A stretch of DNA of 64,000 nucleotides from Azolla caroliniana (taxonomy: Eukaryota; Plantae; Polypodiophyta), in assembly GCA_043228905.1 (NCBI GenBank), contig JBHGNT010000005.1, positions 21,142,001 to 21,206,000 on the forward strand, written 5' to 3'. The notes below the pieces were generated by a model. That model saw nothing but the letters and a program-made list of their open reading frames with translations, ran no database searches and was not told the origin of the DNA. Below are positions 26,486 through 38,096 of the stretch, in pieces; positions within the stretch are counted from its first letter, which is position 1; each line of letters opens with the position of its first letter. The position numbers and the translations under genes were made by a program.

Positions 26486-27207
26486 GTAAGCAAAGTCCGA
26501 AGACGAAGGTAGAGAAGGTGGATATGATGAAGATACCATATGCCTCTGCCGTTGGGAGCTTAATGTACGCAATGGTGTCTACCCGATTGGATATCGGATA
26601 CGTAGTCGGAGTGGTGAGCCAGTTCATGAGCAATCCCGGCAAGGAGCACTAGAATGCGGTAAAATGGATACTCCGATACTTGAAAGGCACCTCAAGTACG
26701 TGTCTCCGATTCGGCTCCGGTAAACCCCAACTTGACGGTTTCTCTGATTTAGATATGTCGGCTGATGTGGATACCAGCCGGTCAACATCTGGATATGTCA
26801 TGACATTCACAGGGGGGGCCGTTTCGTGGCAGTCGAGGTTGTAGAAGACGGTTGTGTTGTTAACTACGGAAGCGGAGTACATGGCAGTCGTGGAAGCCGG
26901 CAATGATATATTATGGATGAAGGACTTCATCAAAGAGCTGGGGATCCGGCAAGAGGAATACTAGCTCTACTGCGACTGTCAGAGTGTCATCCACCTTGCA
27001 AAGAACGCGGCCTACCATTCCCGGACGAAGCACATCCAACGCAGGTAGCACTGGATCCGGGAGCGAGTACAAGATCGAGAGTTTGTGCTGATGAAGATCC
27101 ATACGGAGGAGAACGGGTCGGATATGTTGACCAAGGTGCTGACACATGACAAGTTAGATGCATGCTGGAAGTGGATCGGACTAACGAGGCATCCCATGTC
27201 GGAGTGA
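26486..27207 (+). pseudogene. pol: copia C RT end and RNase H
   Basis: PYASAVGSLMYAMV, RSTSGYV, TTEAEYMA, HSRTKHI, DMLTK in the + frame with TAG stops. Confidence 0.88.
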
Positions 27208-27217
27208 AGGGGGAGTT

Positions 27218-27450
27218 TGTTAGGATTTCGGTCCCTTCGGACCCGGCAAGGAAGACCCGGTGAGAACCGGATGATGCAGGCCTAGTGAGAACCTCGCACC
27301 GGATGAAGGGACATATAGATAAATATGTTTCTGAGAGCCCATTGGGGCTATATTTGTAAATATTCCTAATGTTATATTAGTATAAATATGTCCTAGGGCA
27401 AACACTTATGGTGTTGGTTATTCTTTTGTGTTTGTTGTTGTAATTGTTGT
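27218..27450 (+). repeat. copia C 3' LTR, left part
   Basis: Follows PPT AAGGGGGAGTT; homologous to the reverse complement of LTR 59806-60460. Confidence 0.85.
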
Positions 27451-27476
27451 ATAGATAGATAGATAGATAGATAGAT
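27451..27476 (-). repeat. (TCTA)n LINE 3' tail
   Basis: ATAGATAGAT... about 55 bp downstream of the ORF2 stop. Confidence 0.8.
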
Positions 27477-28359
27477 TATATTATCGTCTTCGGAGGTCAA
27501 ATATGACCTATGAGACCAAAAATATTACATTTCACGTGATACGTGTGAAAGTGAGTAGTGACTCTCGATGTTCAAGAACTTTACCAATGAATGTTGCAAT
27601 CGAGAGTGCACATTGTGGTTGTGAGAGGAATTCATGCAAAGATTGGGCTCGGTCGAAGAGATGTAGAAAGCATGGTCGAATATGATCAAAGGCAGAGCAT
27701 TGTATCAAAGTGTGATACTCAGACTTGCGAACTTGTTTAGGGCAAAGTGTGCATAGCCAACCACTCTCATCACTTGTACCCCAACGCCCTGTTTCACATC
27801 GCAATGCATGTGAGCTAAGTCACATGGAAGCAATGGTTCAAATGGCAGATAACGGTTTGGGCTCTAACATGTATGGATGTGTACAATTTCCCCGTTCCGC
27901 AAAGAATATGGTTTTGTAGTTATGTGCAACATGTGTAGTATAATGTGTGAAGCGTGAGCCTCCACATTTGTCCCATGTCATGATACATTGGCGTTGCAAA
28001 AAGGCCTCATTTATAGAGGAATCTAATGATACATCATGAAGCAAGTGTCTCGCATCCCATCTACCAAACCATTTTTCGATATCTTGCATCCAACCGGAAC
28101 ACAAAATTTCGCTTTTATGTGTCTTTTGGATCTTTTTGCTTGCTTCCCACGCAATTCTAGGAAGTCGATGTGAGGGACTTTTTTGAACCTTAAGCATGTA
28201 TTCAACAACCCTTTCCATGGCCATGATCTCAATGGGAAGCGATCCCGTCTCAAGGAGGAGGAGGGTGTAGGGCATTTGTTTCTTAACTTGTAGAAACTTG
28301 GTAAGAAAATACTTTTGGACATTTTCAAACTCTTTCCACATAGATTTAGGGATGCTAAA

Positions 28360-28720
28360 TGTCAAGATTCGAACTCTTGACACGACCATGTTATAATCTA
28401 CTATAATGAGTTAACCAAGATATCTAGTACTAGTTATGTATGTAATTGGTCCTTATTATTTTGCTAGCATCATGTGCATAGTTGCTCCCTTGTAGTATTT
28501 ACACTTGGCACATGCATGCATACCTACATGCTCTATTGTAGATTCACATGCGTGCAACAAGTGTGCATGCCATGCATGCCATGTAGTATAAATAGAGGAG
28601 TCACCTTGAAGGAATTCAAGGTGAACAACACCAGTTATGGAGTCTTTCCTTTAGTACTATCTTCTTTCTTGTCCATTTGGTTATCTTCTTGGTTGTCTCT
28701 TGAGTTTATGATCCGTGACA
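28360..28720 (+). repeat. 5' LTR (361 bp)
   Basis: TGTCA...TGACA; direct repeat of 31909-32261. Confidence 0.95.
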
Positions 28721-28770
28721 GTTTGTTCACCTTCCCATCCTCATAGCTCTCCCTCTCATAAGCCATAGCT

Positions 28771-31700
28771 ATGTCCGACCCAACTAGTGAGTTAGGCCAA
28801 ATAATGGTAGCCTTACGACAACTACAACTTGAAAATAAAGCTCTTCGAAATTCTTTACAAGAACTTCAAGTTGGTACCTCCTTATCCTCACAACCCCCAA
28901 ACCCTAGTCTCCCACAACAACCTAGCCTAGAGCCTGATCTTCTACCAACATCTAGCCTAGCTTCGTCACAGTTTCTTGAGCCTAAGGTTAGCCTCCCAGA
29001 AAAATTTGATGGAACGAGGTCACGTTTCCGAGGGTTCATCAACCAAGTTCGACTTATCATTCGGCTACAACCTCAACGTTATGGAGATGGTCTTCGACAA
29101 GTCGGTCTTGTGGGCACCCTTCTCTCCGGTCCGGCCCAAGCTTGGTTTGCACCATTGGTAGAAACCTCATCACCTTTATTGGAGGACTTTCCCGCCTTCC
29201 TCGCCGAGTTAGAGGCCACATTTGGAGAGACGGACCGACGACGTACAGCTCTTAACAAGATTTATGCACTCGAACAAGGTTCACGTGCAGCTTCGGTCTA
29301 TGCTTCCGAATTTCGACAACTAGCATGCGACGTCAATTGGGATGATCAAGCTTTAGTTGATCACTTTCGGCGCGGTCTTCGAAGCAATGTCAAGAATCTT
29401 CTCTTAAACTTTTCGGAGCCCACCTCGTTATCCCAAGTGATTTCACAGGCAGTCCATTGTGACAATCGTCTTTTCGAATTTCGCCAAGAAGAGCGCCGGA
29501 CTTGGGTTCCACCTCATTCACTTCCACGCCACGCCCCGGTCATACAACCCCAAGCATCCTCACACTCGCCAAGTCCGATTAGTTCTGGCCAAACTTCGCG
29601 AGCATGGCCTTTATGCCAAAGGCGAGAAATGCGAGTTCGACCATACCTCGATCGAATTTCTGGGCTACATCATCTCGCCCACTGGCATCACCATGGATAT
29701 GAAGAAGGTCTCTGTCATTCAGGCATGGGCGACTCCAAGGCGACTTAAAGATGTGCAATCCTTCCTCGGCTTCGCAAATTTTTACCGTCGCTTCATCAAG
29801 GGGTTTTCCACCCTAGCACAACCTCTTATCGCTCTCACCCATAAAGGCACTCCATTTTTATGGACCTCGGAGGCACAAAATGCGTTCGACTCACTCAAAC
29901 ACGCATTCATCACTGCCCCGGTGCTGCTACATGCCGACCCCACAAAACCCTTCCAAGTCGAAACCGATGCCTCTGACTTTGCCATTGGCGCCATCTTATC
30001 CCAAGCAGACGACAACAACCTAATGCACCCAGTGGCTTACTATTCCCGAATATTTACGGCATCCGAAATCAATTATCCCATTTACGACAAGGAGCTTGCT
30101 GCTATCATTGCTGCCTTTGAAGAATGGCGACCCTACTTGGCCGGCGCACAACATCGTGTCCAGGTAGTGACTGATCATAAAAATTTAGTTTATTTTTCCA
30201 CCACTCGTACTTTGAATCAAAGGCAGGCCCGTTGGTCTAGATTTCTCGCTAACTACGATTTTGAGATTGTATTTCGACCTGGTGGCCAACATGGGAAGGC
30301 TGATGCCCTTTCTCGCCGAGCTGACCTTGCACTCCGCCCTGGGGATGCTGCTTATGCTCAACAATCTAGACGTTTGTTGAAACCCGACCAATTGCATATG
30401 TTTGCCACTTGTATGTTGCAGGATGATTCTTTACTCCAACAAATCACTGATGCATCCAAGACCGATGCGTTCGCCAACGAGATTCGAGATAGTCTGCAAA
30501 ACCCCTCCAAGGTGACCAAAAGGAAGGATCTTGACACCTTCACCATACAAGAGGGTTTGTTGTTCCGAGATCATCTCTTATACGTCCCAGAGGGCCCATG
30601 TCGCACCCGGGTGTTGCGGGAATGCCACGATGACCCACTTGCAGGTCATTTCGGGGTCGCGAAAACCCTCGAGCTAATCTCTTGGGGGTATTGGTGGCCA
30701 CAACCATGGAAGCTGGTCAAAGAATACATAAAGAGTTGTGAGGTTTGTGCTCGCAAAGCCATTCATCATCGGCCATACGGCTTACTACAGCCGCTTCCAT
30801 GTCCTCGTCGTCCTTGGGCCTCTATCTCTATGGACCTGATAACTGATCTACCCTTGGTCAATAGCTATGACTCGGTGTTGGTCGTTGTCGATCGGTTTAC
30901 GAAGATGGCTCACTTCACTCCATGCTCCAAAACCATTTCCGGAGACGGAATGGTGCATCTCCTACTCAACAATGTAGTACGCTTGCATGGACTCCCTGAT
31001 GATGTCATCTCGGATCGCGGACCCCAGTTTGTCTCTCACTTCTAGCAGCGCCTGCTACAAACTTTAGGCATCTCTGTCAAGTTGTCCTCCGCTTATCACT
31101 CCCAAACTGACGGGCAAACGGAGCATGTCAACCAAATCCTTGAGCAGTATCTTCGGTGCTCGGTTAGTTACCAACAAGATGATTGGGTCAACTTACTTTC
31201 GCTCGCGGAATTCGCCTACAATAATTCTCTCCATGCATCGACTGACGTCACTCCCTTCTTTGCCAACTACGGTTTACATCCTCGCTTCAACATTTCCCTT
31301 CCTACCACTTCCGTGAACCCTTCGGCGGAGGATCGTGCCCGCATTTTGGAAGAAGTACATCATGATTTATCCTTGGAGCTTAGTCTTGCTAATGAACGAT
31401 ACAAGAAGCAGGCTGATCGCCATCGATCTTCCACTCCACACTTTGTCGTTGGAGACATGGTCTGGTTGTTACGTCGACACATCTCTACTACTCGTCCATG
31501 TGCGAAACTTGATTACAAGAAGTTGGGACCATTCCGTATCATCGAGTGCATCAATCTCGTCGCCTTCCGGCTCGCCCTTCCATCCCACTTCCGGATTCAC
31601 GATGTTTTTCATGTCTCCCTCCTCGAACCCCATTATGCTTCACAACTCCCAGGACGTCAAGCCCCACCACCACCACCTGTGCAATTGACGACAGGGGAGG

Positions 31701-31945
31701 AATACGAGGTCGACCAAATCCTTGACTCGCGTTGGCACCGTCGACACTTGCAATACCTCGTCCTCTGGAGGGGTTACCCCATGTCTGAGGCCACATGGGA
31801 ACCATCGGCAAATTTACAAAATGCCCCAGAGGTCGTCCAAGATTTTCATCACCGATATCCCTACAAACCAGCGGCCGATTTGGGAAGGCGGCGTAAGAGG
31901 GGGGATAATGTCAAGATTCGAACTCTTGACACGACCATGTTATAA
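28771..31945 (+). pseudogene. gag-pol: gag (PEKFDG retrotransposon gag) and truncated pol with chromodomain
   Basis: ORFs 28771-29748, 29459-31045, 31082-31945. Confidence 0.9.
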
Positions 31946-32261
31946 TCTACTATAATGAGTTAACCAAGATATCTAGTACTAGTTATGTATGTAATTGGTC
32001 CTTATTATTTTGCTAGCATCATGTGCATAGTTGCTCCCTTGTAGTATTTACACTTGGCACATGCATGCATACCTACATGCTCTATTGTAGATTCACATGC
32101 GTGCAACAAGTGTGCATGCCATGTAGTATAAATAGAGGAGTTCACCTTGAAGGAATTCAAGGTGAACAACACCAGTTATGGAGTCTTTCCTTTAGTACTA
32201 TCTTCTTTCTTGTCCATTTGGTTATCTTCTTGGTTGTCTCTTGAGTTTATGATCCGTGACA
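31909..32261 (+). repeat. 3' LTR (353 bp)
   Basis: Follows PPT; direct repeat of the 5' LTR. Confidence 0.95.
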
Positions 32262-34818
32262 GCCACCATCCCATATTTCCACCCCATAGAGAAGAACCGG
32301 TGTCACCAAAGTGTCGAAAAGATATTTCTTGAGGACCCAACACTTAATATCTCCAAGATTGCATGTGTTCTCAAATGTATACTATGCTCGCTTGTCCGCC
32401 TCTAAGCGGCATGTAACAAATTCATTCCATCTATGATTTGAAGGAACTTCAAGGCCAAGATATTTGAAGCTTTCCACACATTCAAGTGGCTCATTATTGT
32501 ACATAATGCATATTTTATCTCTTTTTTGGCTCTTCACAAGCATAATCTTTGTTTTAGAGCTATTGACACTTAATTTAGTATGCATGCAAATTTTTTCCAA
32601 TGCCTTCATAAGCTTTTGTGCATCTCCTAAAGTATTTGCAAAAAGCACTACATCATCGGCATATAGCAAAAGCATAATCACAACATTCCCAATGGCAACT
32701 TCTTCAACACATTCTTCCTTTGCAAACTTGGTAACCATTTCTCCCAATTCATCAATGCATAGACCAAATAGTGTTGGTGAGAGTGGGCATCCTTGCTTAA
32801 AACCAATAGTGCTTTTGAAAAAATCTGAAAGTTTATCTCTCATGCGCACACAACATATAACCTTCTCATAAATTCGGGAAATTGCAAGCATATATTCACT
32901 TGGCACCTCAAGTTCTTCCATTCGCCTCCAAAGATGCTCACGAGATACCATATCAAAAGCTTTCTTGAAGTCTACAAAGCAACAATATAAACCTTTACCT
33001 CTAAGGCGACTTTCCTCCATTAATACTCGAAGGGTGATAAGGTGATCAATGGCGCTATGGTGTTTCCGAAAGCCAGCTTTTCCATAAGCTCTCTTACCAC
33101 CTTTTTCAACCCATACACTTATCTTTGATTCCATTATACATCCAAATAGTTTTGCCATTAATGAGCCAACCATGATGGTTCGATAGTTATTTACATTATT
33201 TATATCTCCACCTTTATGTAAAGGTTTTATCCAATTTGTAGTCCAATCATACGGCATACCATGTTGCAATGCATCATTAAACATATCGCTTATCCATATA
33301 TGTGCTTCCTTTCCCGTCCATTTGAACATTTCAGCCTTTATACATTGAAGATCGCTTGCCTTTCGAGAGGCCAATTTCTTAAGTCCTATGCATATATCTT
33401 CAATTGTAAAGAAGGGAAGCATATGTGAAAGAGAACCATAACACATCATCTTTCCGGCAAGAGATAACTCATATAAATTCTTACAATGCATAGACAAGTC
33501 GTGAAGAGTTAAGTCACCATAACTCTCAACACGTTTTCCCTTTAGATTTCCCCAAAATTTAGCACATGCATGTGCTTTCTCTCGTTTGGATAAATTGTTG
33601 ACTAACTTCCCATATTCTTCTCTTTCTTTGAATAAGCCTTTTATACTCATGCAAATGCTTTTGGTAATTCTCTTTATCCTTAACTACATCCAAAACCATA
33701 AGGCACTTTCGAGCTTCACGACATTCTTTATCAAACCATTTTTTCCTAAGTTTCTTGGTGCATTTCCAAGATGTGCGGTTGGTCGAAAAACATTTGTTTG
33801 TACATGAGAAAATGACTTTCTTGAAAGCTTACCATTTGCATTCTAGTGTGGCACCATGTTGTATCTTTGTCATTTGTAACATATCCTCAACTAGCTTGGA
33901 ATACATGGGTGCTTGCTTAAGGTTCATGCTCAAGTGCGGTTGTTTATTATCTTCAATAGCCTTCTCACAATCAAACCTATGCATACATTTGAGATCAATA
34001 CATAAAGGCCTATGATCGAATTCCGGTGTCCATTCACCAAGTGAGAATTTATGTATACGATCCAAAATACCTTCGGAAAGTAGCACATAATCAATCACAC
34101 TATTTCCGTTGTATTTTCTACATGTAAAACCATTAGTGCTGGGCCATAAGGAAATACCATTTCCAATAAGCAATCCGGTACTATTGCACATTTGTAGGAG
34201 TAACTTCCCAAATTGGTCCAGATCTTTTTCATTGCTAGAAGAGCGGTTATACATTTGCATATACTCTTGCATCCTTGAGATATGTGGCATGAAAGATTCT
34301 TGTGAATCAAGTCGGAAACTTCTTGTACGAGCATTCATGTCACCAAAGACAATAACTTCCCCTTTGGATTTGAAATAAGCAATATCATCTTCTAGATTGG
34401 CAAACGGTTGATCTTTATCCAAACAAGCATAAAAGTTAGAATCTTGATGAGGAATGTAACATCCAACTACAAAAGTGGGAAAATCATTAGGTGTTTCTAT
34501 TTTGAGCCATATGTAGCATTTATTTTCATCATTTTTTATGATTGAAACATATTTCTCTATTTCCTTCTTAATCAAACATGCCACCCCTCCTTGTCCTCTT
34601 CTTTGTCTTGGATTTTTCTTCCATATCAAAGAGTGTACATTATAGTTTCCTAAACCTTGAATCCTTTGAGTATCATGCTCCCATGTTTCAACAAGAAGTG
34701 TGATATCCGAGTCATCAGTGAACTCCTCTATGCCAAATCCCGCATTCCATGGGTATCCATTGCAATTCCAAAAGCATTGTCGTAAAAGGCGTGGGTTAGT
34801 CTTGTAGATCACATGTCC

Positions 34819-35688
34819 CTATTTGTCTACATTTCCATCTTTAGGCACATCCTTAACCTTGTTTTTCAATCTTTCTTCATATGCTTTACGACGAGCATTT
34901 TGTTGTGAGATAGTACGATCTTCACTCACAAAGCGTTGTGTACCTTTGAGGTATACCCAACTATTTTCGAGTATGATTCGCCACTTTGTATCATCTGTCA
35001 TTGTGCATACAATAAGCCTTTCTCTGGAGCGAGTAACACCATGTTTCCCAACTCGGTGTGCCCCATATACATTCACATCTAACATCCCATAATGCATGCT
35101 AAAAAATTCACCAATGGCCTTTCCAAGGGATGCGGGTGTTTCCATACTCTCTTCTTTAATCCCACGGACGACAATGTTCTTTGATCGTCATTCACGTTCT
35201 TTCAATTCTCGGACATCTATGCTTTCTATATTCTTCTCTTGATACATCACATGCATATTAGATGAGTTTGATAACATATCCCCACCACATACATCGGCCC
35301 ATGACTTCGTTGTACATACATTTTTCATCTCACTTACATCCCGCCTCATCGTGTCCAATTTTTCTTCTTTTAATGCTTCCTTTAACTCAATCTTGTTAAG
35401 GCGCTCATTTGTTTCAAAAGAAGCTCTTTTACATTCTTGAATCTCTTCTTGAAGTTTTGCAACCACTTGTTTAAGACTTTCATTCTCAATGACAACACTT
35501 TGGAGCTTAGTATTCTCTTTCATTAACATCCTAATCTCTTCACTTTGCTTGTTTATGGTTTCTTGAAGAGAAATCAAGTGACTCATAAGCATTTTGTCCA
35601 TTGCATTAGAATCAAGATTTGTTGGTGATCTCGGCTCATTATCAATCATACCCCCGAACTTTGCGGCGGTTTTACGAGTATTTGCCAT
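34819..35688 (-). pseudogene. LINE ORF1 (coiled coil plus RRM/CTD-like region) with one in-frame TGA
   Basis: Heptad-rich N-terminus, SWADV, KERE*RSKNIVVRG, AHRVGK, LKGT..FVSEDRT; both ORF pieces in the same frame. Confidence 0.82.
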
Positions 35689-35938
35689 TGTAGGGACAAA
35701 CCCTACGGGAAAAGAGAGACAGAGAGGGAAGGAGAGAGAATGTACCTTTCACTCGATTTAGGGCTTCAAAATCTACCTTCCGTTTGAGGAACCGTGGGGC
35801 AAAGATGGCTGCGGATGAAAATGCTCATAACTTCTCGCCACAGTAACGAAATTTAGTAAATGAACATTCTTTAGAAAGCTCTCTCAAAGGGCTTTCCAAC
35901 GAGCTATAGAACGTAGAAAACAATGGCCGGAGTGAACT

Positions 35939-36216
35939 TACAGAGAGAGAGAGAGATATAGAGTGATTCTCTGTTGTAACCGCCGCCAGGGAAGAGAGTG
36001 AGCACGAGGTCGTTGCCTCTGTGCCCCCCTGTTGTATTCTTTTGACATAGTGATAGTTTGGAGTCAGTGGGCTCCCGTGGTTTTTCACTCTCTTCTTTAC
36101 GATGTGTGTGCATATACATGTATTTACCCTCCATTCCCATTCTCGGTGTTTCGATTCTAAATGACACGATCTAAGACTCGGTTGTGGCCGAGTAATATTC
36201 TGCATATTTCGTGACA
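35939..36216 (+). repeat. copia C 3' LTR, right part
   Basis: Ends CATATTTCGTGACA, matching the 5' LTR remnant end at 12201. Confidence 0.85.
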
Positions 36217-36221
36217 TATAA

Positions 36222-36593
36222 TGAGGGAGGAATAAAAGGAGACTTGGAGGCAACAACCTCGACCTCGTCTTCATCAAATGACGGTTGTAGAGTTACTCAC
36301 ACTCTCTCTCTCCTGCTAATTTACAGTTACAAAGGCAACTACTCACAGTAACTTATTACAACAATAATGATTCAACTACACACATAAAGTTTGCCCTAGT
36401 TGTATTTATATTAATACAACTTTCTGGCTATTTACTGATATAGCCCACATGGGGCACATTCAGACTATTTACAATTATAGCCCCTTGAATCGGTCATAAT
36501 CGATTCTCGATTTTGGTTTTCGATTTTCGGCCTCGGCGGAGCTTGCTCATTGATTCGGCTCATTCCATGCAGAGGGACCTCGTTTTCCCAACA
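36222..36593 (-). repeat. Probable solo copia LTR
   Basis: TG...CA; right end GGGACC...CCCAACA resembles LTR ends at 42768 and 60460; TSD not clean. Confidence 0.5.
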
Positions 36594-37590
36594 CTATACC
36601 GATGATTTGGCATGCTCCATTTCCCATCTTCACAAAGTTGCGATCACCGGTTGTATACGAGAAGCATCCTTTGTCAAGGGTCAGGTGGTTTGACGCACCT
36701 GAATTGACCACCCATGCCAATTCTTCGTTGGCGAGGTTTACATCATTGTGTTCACTTATGAATAGTAGTTCCTCCTCATTCACGACGACAGTTGAGGTGG
36801 CCTTGTTATCCGAAATCTTCTTCGGGCTTGCACCATCAACTCCCCCTTTCTCTTTCCGGAAGTGCCCAAAATTATTTTGGAAATGCCCCTACTTCCCACA
36901 ATAGAAGCATGTGGGTCTCCCCCTTGACTTCAACCTCGTCCCTGACTTCACACGATTCTGGGGACTTCTATTTCGGCCTCTTCTTCGGCTCATGTCACCT
37001 TTTGTGACTAAGTCCTTTGGGTCGGTTGTGGACTCTCTACCTTTCTAATGAGCTTCCTCATTTAGTAAGCTCGACTTCGTAGTCTCTAGGGATAAATGCT
37101 TCCCTTCTGGTGAAAACGACCATCTCCCAGCTATTCGAACGGGATCCCAGTTAACACCTCATCGGCAAGAGGTACTTCTAGAGAGGTGGTATGGTTGATT
37201 AGTCCCTAGAAGGCATTCAGATGCTCTGCCATGTTGGAGCCATCTTGATACCAAAGTCTCATGATCTTTTTAAAAACTAAGACTTGGTTTATGGTGTTTT
37301 TGTTCTCAAACATTACGTCAATCTTCTTCAAGAGGACGTCAGCACTCATCTCCTCATCAAAGTTGTTGTATAGACTCATGTCTATAAAACACCTTATGTA
37401 TGTTGCCACCTTGAAATGCAACACTTCCCAAGTCGATGCATGGATTTTGTAAGGTTTGGTCTTGCCGTATTGCACCGGCAACCATAAGTCTTTGGATATG
37501 AGCATGTCTCTCATCGTCGACTTCCACACTGAGTAGTTGAAGCCAGTTAACTTGAACATTCCACCAAAATGTTTGTCCATCACAATGATA
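36594..37590 (-). pseudogene. gag: copia 'E' gag-protease fragment (family of copia C)
   Basis: GGMFKLTGFNYSVWK, CFYCGK, WVVNSGASNHLT. Confidence 0.85.
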
Positions 37591-37845
37591 CTAGTTTAAT
37601 GAGAATCGACCCGGCCACAACCGGTTGATACGTATGCAAAAAACAGTGCAAAGTGAAAGGTCGATCGATTTCTATTAGAGTGATAATATTTCTTTTGTTG
37701 ATGTTGTTTGTTTTGGATGATGATCGATCAATGTTTGTTCGAGCTTTGATCTAGAAAGTTATCAACAAAGGAACTTTGGTACTGTTATGCACACATAACG
37801 TAGGTGAGGGTAGGTCACTAATATTTATATAAGTGAAGGGTATGT

Positions 37846-37870
37846 GGGTAAAAGCATGCGAGTGGAAACA
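37846..37870 (+). repeat. Left TIR
   Basis: Inverted repeat of 48966-48990. Confidence 0.95.
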
Positions 37871-38096
37871 CTATTATAGCTAATTAGCTACTAAAATGGC
37901 CATAGCTAATTAGCTATTTGTTTAGCTAGTCTTTTTTGTGGGAAAATCAAATATTTGAAAAACTAATTTATGAAAAAACTCAAATATTTGAACTTCTGTT
38001 TCAGACGTAGTGGAACTTGGGGAATAGCACCATCATCTAAGGTCGACTTCAATGTCATCAATTTCTTGTTTTGCCCAAGTCTGATTTTGAACGCAG

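Larger units (their letters stand above)
28360..32261 (+). mobile_element. Young chromovirus (second Tcn1-like family) with internal deletion of protease and RT N-half
   Basis: LTRs 28360-28720 and 31909-32261 differ only by a 9-bp and a 1-bp indel as read by eye; gag 28771-~29575 fused to the RT tail; RH, INT, chromodomain EEYEVDQILDS...ATWEP; PPT AAGAGGGGGGATAA. Confidence 0.94.
27532..34812 (-). pseudogene. LINE ORF2 (APE endonuclease, RT, zinc knuckle), split by the chromovirus at 28360-32261
   Basis: ORF pieces 34812-33829, 33650-32382, 28356-27838, 27804-27532. Confidence 0.88.
27451..35938 (-). mobile_element. Near full-length LINE (RTEX-like) with ORF1, APE-RT ORF2 and (TCTA)n tail, inserted in the copia C 3' LTR
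   Basis: ORF1 35688-34819; APE (WNCNG, LVETW, FGDMNART, IDY, DHRP); RT (GFKQGCPLSPTLF, LLYADD, FKYLG); C-terminal CTLC..EYH..C; (ATAG)n at 27451-27476; LTR resumes at ~35939. Confidence 0.88.
12088..36216 (+). mobile_element. Ty1/copia element 'C' (second family), host to at least four nested insertions
   Basis: 5' LTR remnant 12088-12201 similar to 36103-36216; PBS TGGTATCAGAGC 12205-12216; gag-PR 12231-13147; PR/INT/RT 19969-21768; RT 22561-22741; RT/RH 26486-27207; PPT 27207-27217; split 3' LTR 27218-27450 + 35939-36216. Confidence 0.85.
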
